From: Pavona decussata
Taxonomy: Eukaryota
Reading direction: 5' to 3'
DNA: 64,000 nucleotides
Assembly (NCBI GenBank): GCA_977016875.1
Contig: CDRNST010000070.1
Location: forward strand, 992,001 to 1,056,000
The first letter of the stretch is position 1; the number at the start of each line of letters is the position of its first letter. The notes under the pieces were generated by a model, which worked only from the letters and a program-made list of their open reading frames with translations, had not been told where the DNA came from and made no database searches. The translations under genes and the position numbers were made by a program. This document shows positions 49,283-61,200 of this stretch, piece by piece.

Positions 49283-52200
49283 CTGGAATTTGAAATACCC
49301 TGGATGTTGTAATGCCCTATTGTAATAATGTTTGAACAACAGAAAGCCAACGGGTGAAGTCAGTACATGAGCCAAGTGGCCGACATTGGTGGCGCTTATC
49401 TCTGTTTGTACAGACGGAAGCGACTAAACTGTTTCTCCCACTACCAGCATTGTGTCAGAATTTACCAACATTTTAAAGGTACCCAGTTAATCCCCTTGGT
49501 GGAGACATTTGTGGAGTAAAGTGAAAGTCGAAGAACGATAACATCTAAGTGATGTGTTCTCTGTGGGTCGTCGTTAACAGAACAAAAGCAGAAAGAAGCC
49601 CTTACCATGATAACTACAATCAAGGATCTACATATTACATGAAATAAAGCGAGCAAACAAACAATGCCAAAGAGACAAACGAGAGAACATAAGAGAACAA
49701 AAAAGATGAACATATTCAACACGCAGTTAATGGCCTGACTTGAAAGTATCCATAGATGCACAACTCATTGAAAAACACTTTCGAAGGTAAGTATCTCCCA
49801 CACGGCCGGCCGGCGTTTAACCCGGTTTCTGTAGTATGAAGCAACTGGGAGTATTGCTACTCCCTCCTGGATAGCATGCTAGTCCATCACAGGGTTACCC
49901 CCAGCAGTATGTCGCCGGTACCTATTTATACACCTTGGCGAAGAGAGACAATGTAAGGCAACGTTTCTTTGCTAAGGAAACAACACAGCGATGAAGAGAC
50001 CAACCTCGCCTCGAACCACCGACCCTACGATCTTCCGACCGAAAGCCCGATGCGTTGACCATACCACCACTGCGCCTCCTCCTCCTCTGTGAATGAAATC
50101 TCTTACAAATTTTCTGTCATAATAATAGACGGGTACTGGAAGTCCTGGACTTCCAGTACTTGAATTCTAGTCTGGTATTTCCTAGGACTGGAAAGTCCCT
50201 GAAAATGGTAGGAGGTCCTGAAAAATCCTGGAAATCTGCAAATTCGAGTAATAAAGTTTTCTTGAAAGACATCGAGGAGCAGCTAGATGGGAAGATCCAA
50301 CAACTTAAAAATACTTAATGTACATTATGAACCCTGGAAAAAAATCTTTCTGAATCCTGGAAAAGTCCTGGAAATTTGTTTCTGTAAAAGGGTAAGAACC
50401 CTGTGAACAAGAGAGCGTGTTGAAAATCTACCGAGGAACCCACGTGACCGTCTCCACACCACCAGTACCACCAGGTACATGAAGGCTTACACTAATCACT
50501 GCAACTATTGGATGTTGTCAAACTACTTAGTTACCTCTTCCATCAGGCGGTCCAATCTTCATAGGGTATGGCGGCACATGGACATCAGCTGTATTGGGGT
50601 TGCCATCCTGACAAGTGCAACGGCTTGGTAATCGCTCCTGGTTACAGGCAAATTTCACAAATTTTCGTAGCTGATCCTGAAAACGAAAGCAGAACTTCGT
50701 GAAAATGACATTTTCCTTAATGCTGCAGTCAGACTTTGCTCAGTTGCTGTGGCTGAGAGTTGCAGTCTCCCAGCCTTGCCGTGCTTGACAAGTGGCCAGA
50801 GCATGACACCGGGAACAAAGGCAGCCATGTTTAAGTATTTCATTGACGATGAAGGCCATAGCTTCAATAGGGTCTTGAAGAAACCACGACGGCAACGCCA
50901 ACAAAAACGTCGCTTGAAAATACAAGTTCGCGTCACTTTTCTACTTCGCGATTATTCCAATTCGTTTTACTTGTACAGTGTGACCTAACTATCCAGTAAC
51001 AGAACCGGTGGGAACGGCGTTTAAGTTGAAACAGAAAATGAAAAATTTACCATCATGTGCTCACGTTCTCTTCAAAACCTTAAATTTGGTCATTTCACGT
51101 TGTTAAAATTATAACGGAAGTGTAGGGCTTTTGTTTTTCTCATTAAATCCTATTGTTTTGTAACGTTCTCGTTGCCGTCGCTGTAGTAGCTTCTAATCTA
51201 TTGTTCTGAATGGCTAGGGCCCGGAGATAAGAGGCAGGAACAAGTTAGCCTATGTGGGTCCAGTTGTTCAAAGGCCGGATAACTTTATCCAGTGGATAAG
51301 TCGCTATCCGTCAGTTTCAATCTGTGCAAAGATTTCAGTATTTCCTCTTGCACAAGCGAATATGCACACTCTAACCACATTTAAGTTTGGGAGTGTACGA
51401 AAACCTTGGACAACGTTTTACGTGAAGTATATTTTAGACCCTGAATAGTGCCTTATCCAGCGGATAAAGTTATCCGGCCTCTGAACAACTGGGGCAAAGC
51501 TCTCGCCTTGCGGCCGTAAGTTTCCTCTTTTCCTCAACGATAAACCGCTTTTCTGGTGTGCGGATTCTAGATGTGACGTTGCTACGCCAAGACAGGGGAA
51601 ATGCGAAGAACCTCCAGAAAGCAATCTCGACCTTGAGGGGTTACCATGGACATCTCGCTCACCACGACAGTTTACAATTCAAGGACGTCACTTTTTCGCG
51701 TTTTATCTGTGCTAATATGCTTTTAAAATCCAACAGTACATACCTGAGAAAAGCTTTCCATGGAGTTCCAGAAGTATTCGATGTGTACGTCTGTTTCTTT
51801 AACCCCAGCGACGTAAGCTGTGTGAGCCTGACGAAAAGACAAAGAAGGAAACGGACATTAGTTCGATTTATGCCGGTACAAAAACAAAGTGACAAATAAT
51901 GTCCTTTTGTTTATTATTAAAAGAGCTTGAATGAACGAGGTTGAAAGAGAAGGAAGTTTCTCGAACAGTACTCGAAAGTGAGCAACACTGCTCACTATAA
52001 AAACACATACAACCCACACCTCCTTGACGAAGGGCTAATGCTTGAAATGTCAGCACTCGAATCTCTGTACGGTGGCCAATTTACCTTGAGTTATCAACTC
52101 TGTTGATAAACCAAACATTCGTTTCTACTCTCCACCAACGCAGCACCCCAGTTTCTTCAGAAACTAACCTCCTTATACAGATTAGTCCCTCCGCAATTGA

Positions 52201-55200
52201 TAATGAGTACTACCTAGTCCGAATAAAGCTGTTATGAGGTCAGATACTCTTAGTAAAACTTGTACTGAACTAGACCCAAGTTCTATTTTTCTAGCTCTCC
52301 CGAGCTATACCCAGTCAATCGCGACTCAGGTGAAAACATGTGGGGTAAAAGGGACAAACCTTTAGGAACCCCAGGTCGAGAGAAGGAAGACCACAGGTAC
52401 GAATCTCAATGTCCAGCGGTGTCATGACCGTGAGCACGTGCAGCGGAACCACTGAAGACAGACCACAACGCACGGCAGCCATACGGGACTCACACCGGAG
52501 CTCCTTCATTCGTAGCTCCCTGATGGCCTCTACGTACGATTTGTGATTTTCCCATCTGCAACAAAAGGAGACGAACTTTACAGAATATCACTCACCAAAA
52601 ACCTACTTTACTGAATTGGGGTGGTGAACACCCTTAAAAGAAATTATATAAGCAAGGTCGCAGTTATAGAAAAAACAACACTTACGTTACAGGGATGTTA
52701 GCACCATCTTTACACAACTCCACTTCTTCGCCGTCAAGAGAGGTGTAAACAAATCGATACGGACAAAGATCCGCTTCAAAACACAATGTCTGAAACTCTT
52801 CTACGCTTTCCACCTACAACACAAGTAACTATTTTTAAATACTTGTGTATTAGGAGTGGAGAAACAAATAAATGAAATGAAATGAAACAGCTAACTCTGT
52901 GTGAGGCCAATGGAGGCCGCCCGGGCTCTCAACCGTAAAGTCCCAACTACTGTTGCCATCCTAGGTTGAAATAGAAGGGTGCACAACAAACTCATGCCAC
53001 GGTGTTTCCTCCAAAAAATGACAAGGGCGCCTATTTCAAATTTCGTATTAAAAACTGGCTTAAGTTTCAAGCAAGCATTGTCCGTAGCAATAAACCGTTC
53101 TCACCTCTTGTATTATTGCTTACTTGTAACTGATGAATGTTCAGGGTATCCCAAACATTGCAGAAATAAAACGAACTTGTAACAGAAAAGGTTCTTATTA
53201 AAAAAGAGTACCAAGATGGGAGTGCACATAAAGGAACAGGAAATTCCAGATGGTTGTGTCTGTTATGATGTATCCCCCCCCCCACCCCCTCGCCTTTGTA
53301 TTAGGAGGTGCCGTCCTTAACGATCTTACCTCGGAAAAGCGTCGTAAGTAGTTGTAGGTGAGCACATCAGATTCTCTGAGGTCTTCGTGTGTGTCTAGAG
53401 GAAGGTTCAACAGGCTTTTCCAGAAGGAAGGCAGCAAATCCAACGCGAGTGGAATGTCAGATCGCAGGGCAATTCCCAGTAACTGTAGAAAGATTGAAAG
53501 TCGTTAGACGACAACTGAAGTGAATTAACAGAGGGTGCTTTCCATATGTCAGAACTGACCGGGCAGTTTATTTATGTACTGCGCCATATTAACAGTACTG
53601 CCTCTAACCATTCTTCAAAATGGCACATTTTGAAAATAATATGCACCGTTTTGCCGTTAAAAAATCGTATAGCCAGCCGTTCAAATAAAGCATTCGTTTC
53701 ACAATATGCAATAAATATGGAAGTTTAAAACCGAAATGAAAGCTTTTACCTGACCAAAAAAGATCAGCAATTTCTCCTCAGCGTACGTCATGGAACCAGG
53801 CTTCATGATAAATTTACCCTACAATTCACAAGCCACAAAGAAAAAAAAATAACATGAACCATACATAAAGCTTTTTTTAAAAAATAAAATTTACGTATAA
53901 GGTCCAATTTGGTCAGAAGACTTTCAAAGAATCACGCCAAGCAGACCACATGCTAGCACTGAGGGTGGTCACAGCCCGAGTTCCTACCGTCCTCAATGGT
54001 TCATGTGCATCACCGAATTGGAGACCGCCATTTCTATGTGGTCATCCGAGCCAAGTGAGGGTCTAACCATTTGAATATGACAGCACCTCTTCCTTCTCTA
54101 AGGTTTGTCCATCATGAGTACCATACAGCACACCACCCTTGTTACTAAAATCACGTTAACGCGTACTTGCAAAACACAGACAGACCTTATTCTTGTTTGC
54201 AGCAGAGCTGGGGCATGGAACGAGTAACCTCACGTGGGTACCCTGGAGTTCACGAGCCATCAGCCACATGAAGTGACGAAACGAGCCTCCTGAGGATGGA
54301 AAATATCACCACATTGAAAACAACACATATGAAATTAATATAACAGCGATAACGGCTGCGATCGCTGGCTCAAAGGTATATTTCCAGTAAAAGGGGTTTA
54401 GCCAGGCCATCCCAGTGTGTAGTTTTCCAACCACCACTGTAATGTAATCAACCACCTCTCGACTATTCCTTGAATCTCTACTAACTAGTATGATTGATGT
54501 GATAATTTGTTTTTCATGAGATTAAAGAAGCATGTTTTGTTTATAGAACACTTGGCTGATAGACCAAACTCGTTTATAAAATAAACAGGACCACATCCAG
54601 GATGGAATTACAAGAGCCGAGGACTGAATCTTGCCGGGGGAAGTGGTCAAAACTACCATATTCGAAAAGGGTCCACCACAAAATAGATGGTGGTACCTCA
54701 GTATGCAACCCCCCCCCCCCCCCCTCCTCTACCTCGAAAGATGGTGTCTTCATTGCATAGTCGCCCCTCTATCAGTGTTTTCGATAACCCCCCTACCCCA
54801 GGCAAGAACAAAGCTGTTCGGACCAGTTTCCTATGAATAAAAGGGAAAAGCTGCGTGAAACCCAGTATACAAAACTAAATTGCTGAGTTCCATTTACAAG
54901 CAGTATTACCTGAACCTAGGACCTGCTCTCCTCGCAGTTGAACCTTGAGCGGGAAGACTGGGTCCCCTCCGGTGGCGACCTTAACCCTGAGACCATTGGA
55001 CGAAATATTGGCGATATGACGAGCGGCCTGACAGAATTGAGGTCCGGCTGATGACACCTTGTCAGCTGAAAACCACACACGTACAGAAAGTTCAGTTAAC
55101 CCTTTAAGCCCTAACAGTGATCAGCATATCAATGCTTATTCAACCCCTGAAGTCATGAGGAGGGTATGATCACCCAAGTTAATTTTCTTGATATTTTAAT

Positions 55201-58200
55201 AACTCCCCCCAGTACTTTTATATGAAAAGTATGGGGACAAGATAGGAGAATGTGTACTTTGCTAATAGGGGTTAAAGGGTTAATCATGTCTAAGGAAATT
55301 CACTGATAAGGGAATTTAACTTGTTTACACGTAAGCTTGAAATGTTAGGTTGTCACGCATTTCATTTAACCCTGTAGGGAACCTATGCACAGCGGCCCGC
55401 TCTCCTAAAAAATCGGAGAGGCCACTGTCCCCCATTCTGCTTTCTTCTTTATGGTGCCCATTTTAAAGCAAGAGGGGGCGAATGCATTTAAACGTCTTTC
55501 TGGAGAGCTAAAGGATCCCATGTCTAAATTTTGCAATGTCTCTCCCGCGAAAAGTTTGATTTTGAACAACAGACAAATATCTTGCAGTTCTTAATTGATC
55601 TTTTCGATGGAAGACATTGGGCAGCTTTGGCAAACGTTGGTGCTCACATTTGACGCGCCAACGTAAATTAAAATCCCGCTACGCCTGCTGTAGGATTTTT
55701 TTGACTCCCTTTTATCCATTTTATTGCCAGTATGTTCAGTTTGTGCGGAGAAATCACATGTTGATCGCACGCACAGTGGAGTTACCTTCTAGAGCTTCTA
55801 AAGGATCCAAAGAGACTTCAGGTGGCGAGTCTTCAGCTCCGCGGTGGGCCGTGTGGTTGAGAACGTGATTCAGCAGCGCTACCTTGGTGTGATAAAACAG
55901 GAGCCCGCGAGCTTCCCTCAGCAGAGTAGCAGTGCTTAGGTTGTAGGAGTCAGCGGATCGTAGGTCGGTCACTGGTAACAGTAGACGCTCCACATCTGAG
56001 TTTAACGACTTGAGGAAGGCAAACCGACTCCTGAGACTACGGAGTGATAGTCCTAAGGAATAATCCAAGATGTTAAAAACTGAATACAGTCGAACCTCCA
56101 CTAACGGCGGCCACCTCTCTACAACGGCCACTTTTTTTTGTCCCGGCGGACAGTCCATACATTAGCTCTTGTTTAAACCTCTCTACAACGGCAACGGCCA
56201 CTAAAGTGCGTCCCCAACTGCCAAAATAACCTCTCGACAATGGCCAGTACAGCACTTTTCTGTAAAAACCTTTATTTATAAACTGATGCAGTAATCGACA
56301 TTTGTCTTTTGAACATTACGTTTCTGCATCCATTTTAACGATATACGTATTTTGATTGTGTTCCATTTATATGCTGCAGTAAGCATAAATTGTCTACAAT
56401 AATATAGCGAACGTTGCGAACCTTGCTCGTTTCGCCTTGTTAACATTTTGATTCAAAACATTATTTACGTTTTATTGTGTATCTTATCTATATGTATTAT
56501 TTAAGATTGGATTGCCATTATACGCTACAGTAAGCCTGAACTTGGCACAATAAACATGTTGTACTTCCCGAAAAAAAAGTGTCATATTACACCCCTACCT
56601 CTCCATAACGGCCACCTCTCCACAACGGCCACTTTCTACTGTCCCCAAGGTGGCCGTTGTGGAGAGGTTCAACTGTAATTGGATAATGTAATTCCAGGGT
56701 TTTGATTGGCCTAGCGGCCTTGGGATATCAGCCATTATACAATACCGAGAAACAGTGGCCATTAAATTGTCTTCAGGTCTTCCTTGGACAATGAAATTAG
56801 TAAGTCCTAGCAAAATGTCTTGGTTGTTTTTAATAAAACAATTATTCCACTCGCGCTGTTGAATATGGATGGAACACCTGTGCCCAGCAACTTTCACTGT
56901 TAACATATACAGCACAAACTAATGAAAAATGTTACTTGATTTGAACGGTTACACCGTAGGATTTCATTAAGCGGTCTGGTTGTGCGAGTAAAAGCGGTAA
57001 TTCCAGTTCCATAGCTGTAAAGCTCGTATGAAACTGTAAGCTCACCTTGTAGCTGATGAAAGTCTTCACTGGTGAGATCCACCTCGGAGAGAAGAAGCTC
57101 GTCAGGCATCAGGCGGGATGGAGTGGTGGACCAGGCGCGACACAGGGTATCCACGTACAGGACAAGGGCGTGGTCTCGAGTCACAGGCCAGTCAGCATGG
57201 TCTGATTCCATATCCGACGGCAAGAAATGTGTACACCTAAAAAAGTTGTCTTTTAGACCCACACACGTTCTCAGAACGGATACTGTTGTAAATGAAACCT
57301 TGGCTAAGTATTTGAAGAAAAGGGTTTCCAGGGAACAGAACGTCCGTAATGTAAAGCAATAGGATAGACTGCAGGTCAGCTGTACAAAACCCATCTCAGA
57401 ATCGCTTATAAACGATTGAAGTAAAACCAAGGCTTCCACCTGTCACTCGCAACCTAATTATAATCGAAAACCGCACTTGCTGTGAACATCATCATCCCCG
57501 GCTACGTGGTGCACAGGGCTTTATCAACATTTATAGCCAGTTGAAGTTGAAACTAATACAGTATTTCATTATGAAAATACAACTAACCACAACGCAACGG
57601 GTTTTTTTTGTGGCTAACGTATTTACGACAGTGAGACTGCAGTTGACTTGTTTCAATATAAACCTCAATACTGTTGATTTGTAAATCGTGTTGTTCTTAT
57701 GCTAACTAATTGCATTTACATACGAAATACACTGAAGTTTGAACAAACAAAGTCAACTTCAGACTCACTTCCGGTCAAAGGCCAGCTCACTAAGCCCACA
57801 ACTGTTAACATGTTACTGCAGCACGTACCTGTGAAACTGCAAGTCATATCCACAAGCTATAACCCCTTTCCAAATCGCGCGAACATCCTGACAGCCTCTA
57901 ATTAAGGCCCACTTTAAAAACCCCTCCAGTCCAAGCACTCTGTCATCGCTTTTCCCACCAGAGATTCCGTGATCCCTTAAAAGTTGCGTGACTAGCTCCG
58001 AGGTTGATTCCTTTGCGTGACGCACCGCATTCAAAAACGACAACAAAAGGTTACCGGGCGCCAAACTACAGATATCGTCCTTTGTCAACATTGGTTCTGA
58101 TAACGCACTTTCATCAGTTTGTCCTGATGTTGAATTGCGATCGGTATTGCTGCTGGTATAGGTCGCTGTGTCGCTGCGTAGTTCCGCCACGTTTTCAACT

Positions 58201-61200
58201 GGAGTTTTGACTTCCTCCGTTGTTAACTCTTTACCCTGTTTAGCAGGGTCAGAAGACTCTGAATCAGCATTGGACTGAACTTCTTTAAAACTGTCTGATT
58301 TAATTTCCTTGACATCAGTTTGCACAGCTCGAGCGCAACTTGAGAAAATCTCAGCCAGTGCCCTCTTAGCTGAATCAGATAGTGTATTCTCAGTTTCACC
58401 ACTTAACATTCGCACGTTTAAAAATTCATCAAACACAGCGAAGGCGGCAAGCTCGTTAGTTCCTTCCATAAGAAGTTCAGAGTTGACTTTAGCAACGCCA
58501 ACACTAGATTCAGCTGACGATGGATCCTTTAGAGTCTTACTGGATGCAATAGCTTGACGCACCAAATCAAGCTGACTTGCGCTCTTCAATTGAACCACAG
58601 CATAACCAAGGATTTTCTCGGGTTTATCTTGTTGCGCACTTGGTAAAAGCTCAGTCATTGACCTTACTCTAGAGTCCAATCCGTCACTGCCATCCGCTGG
58701 AGGCGTCTTCTCGGCAGTAACACGTGACTCGACCGCGGGGATGTAAACATCATCGCGAATCCCACCGCTTGGTCGACTGGCTTTTTTTATCGCATCCACG
58801 GCTTCTTTCTTGCTCAGAGTGGGAGCAATGTTCGTGATGACCAGAAGCCGCTGTAGAGCGGTGCTCTTTGTGGGAATAACCGAAGCTAAGCTGTCTTTGA
58901 GCTGCGATGATCCACGCGGGTCTCCATGAATAAGATTCCTCAACAACAGTGTCGTGTCCACGATTTTGTCAAACCAAGGCATGCTTTCAGTAGGGGAGGT
59001 CACGCCGTGCCCAAAACCCCGTTTCCTTCGCCGTACGCTGCCGCGCCTCTCACTAGCCTTGCACTTGGGTGACGGCGGACCAGAGGAGGAGACTCCCTCC
59101 GTGGAAGAAGGAGGAACGACTGCTTCGAAGTTAAACGTGTTGCCACCACTGGTTGGCGGCGCAGACCTCATCTCGTTGTTGGCTGAATCAGAGACAGCTG
59201 CCTGGAGGCAAAAGAGAATATACGACTGATGCGGCCACTTACATATAATTACCTTTATACAGAGGGCTTTGTGGAAGCGAGATGGTGTAGTTAGTTACGA
59301 TGGATCAGAGAATTGACTTTGCAGTGTATGTTAAAGTCCTATATGAACCCATGAATTTCCCCACTGAGTGTGCGCCCTAGTAAGGAAATGTGAGATCGCA
59401 CGAGAGCAAAGAAAAAAGTCGCCGACCTCGGCGGGATTCGAACCTAATACCTGCGGATTTGATCGTTCGTTGATCTACCGACTGAGCTATGAGGTAGGAC
59501 AGGGACAAGTCGTGGAATATCACGGTAGTAACTGCGGCAATGTGAATGTGAAGGGTACAAATGAATGTTGTGCCGCTCGCTGACCAGGGACACAAATGAT
59601 GGATCCGTCCTTAGTACAAGCGGCACAACATTCATGCTGTAAATAGTTAGTTCGACGTCAGGGTTCGCGGCCAAACCTCTGCCTGCGCGTTGGTTCAAAG
59701 AAACTTTACTCCACATTATCTCCCTTAAGCCTTTGCCCAGGTGTATAAATGGGTACCAGTGACATACTGCTGCGGGTAACCGTGCAATGAAATGGTATCC
59801 TATCCAGGAAAGAGTACTAATGTTCCTAGTTGCTGAATGGGCCTGTCGTTTTGACCAAACTCTTAAACAGCAGCTGAACTCGAAATTTACATGACAAAAT
59901 TCCTTGAGAAAGAATTCCGCTACTCGAGATGCATCGTACTAGATAAAAATCCGCTACATTTAGACTTAATGTTCCAGAGTTAAGTTCCTAGTTGTCCCTC
60001 GAGAGTCACACTCAAATCCGAAAAATCACATTACAAATAATCACGTGCAATTTTGACTAGTTCCAGATCCTACTCGTTTACAACAGGGCCATCAGTGGCT
60101 CGTGTGACTGATTTAGAGAATACATGCTTTACTCCTTGCCTCTATACTTACTTGCAAGGCTTCTTGCATATCCTTAAGTGACAACCCTCTACCTGACTTG
60201 CCTCGGCTGGGAGAAACTTCATGAGCTGCTGATACAAGCCCAAGAAGGGCCTGCAGGTAGGATGAAAACTCGCTGTGTTCGAAATTACAGTTGAGAATAA
60301 AATCCAGAGCTGCAGTATTTGTGGCTGAAAGCTCTTTTTCTAAGAGCTTCTGCAGCTCACTGCGCAAGGGCCCCAATCTCGAGATAAACAAGTCAAATGT
60401 ACCCCAGTGATCGGGAGTATGCGGCTGGGCAGCCTGTGACTCCACATGATGACAGGATCTTATCAGCTGGGCCAAGAGGTGGAAGATAATCTCCTTGATG
60501 ACCGCGGGTAAGTTCGATTTCAGTAAATACGAACTGAGAATATCAGTCAAGTTAAACACCACTGTCTTGTGAATCAAAGCTCTTCTCTTCTCCTCGACGT
60601 CTTCAGCATTGTCTTCACAGGTCTTCTCCGAATTCCGTGAAAATTCTGCGGCGGTTTCCAAGTAGACTTGAATAAAAACCTCAATGAATACGAGCGAGAG
60701 GAAGAAGTCTGCAGAGAACGCGTTCAGGTGCACTACAAGCCCTTCAGTAGCCAAGGGAGAGAACTGCAAGTAGAGCCGATTGCAAGGTAGTATCATGTCA
60801 GGATACAGGTTAGTTTTACTTGACAAGTTCGAATCGGCGGTGTTAGGGTACTGAACAACTTTGTACCGCGCTTGTTGGCCATTCTTGTTTAGTTTCTGGT
60901 TTCCATGATAGCATGAAATCGTTACACAAGCTGACCGAGGATTGGACATACCCCTGAAAAGAAACAGCAGAACTGCATTGAGCCAATATTCATTTGTGCT
61001 GCATTATACTCTTTTCAGAGAGGAAATACAAGGATATAAAGTACCGAAAGCATAGACTATCGGACAATTTCATCCAACCTCAAGTTGGACGCCAAATAAT
61101 TGGTTCATATTCAAACCACCTCTGCTTACAAGAGGGGAAAGAGACCCAGACAAAACAAAAAAAAAATAATAATAATAAAATAAATTTTTTTTAAAAATAT

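Noticed and set aside
54055-54075. Telomerase RNA template (ctaacc)
   Set aside because: Only one partial repeat; CTAACCCTAA is not present.
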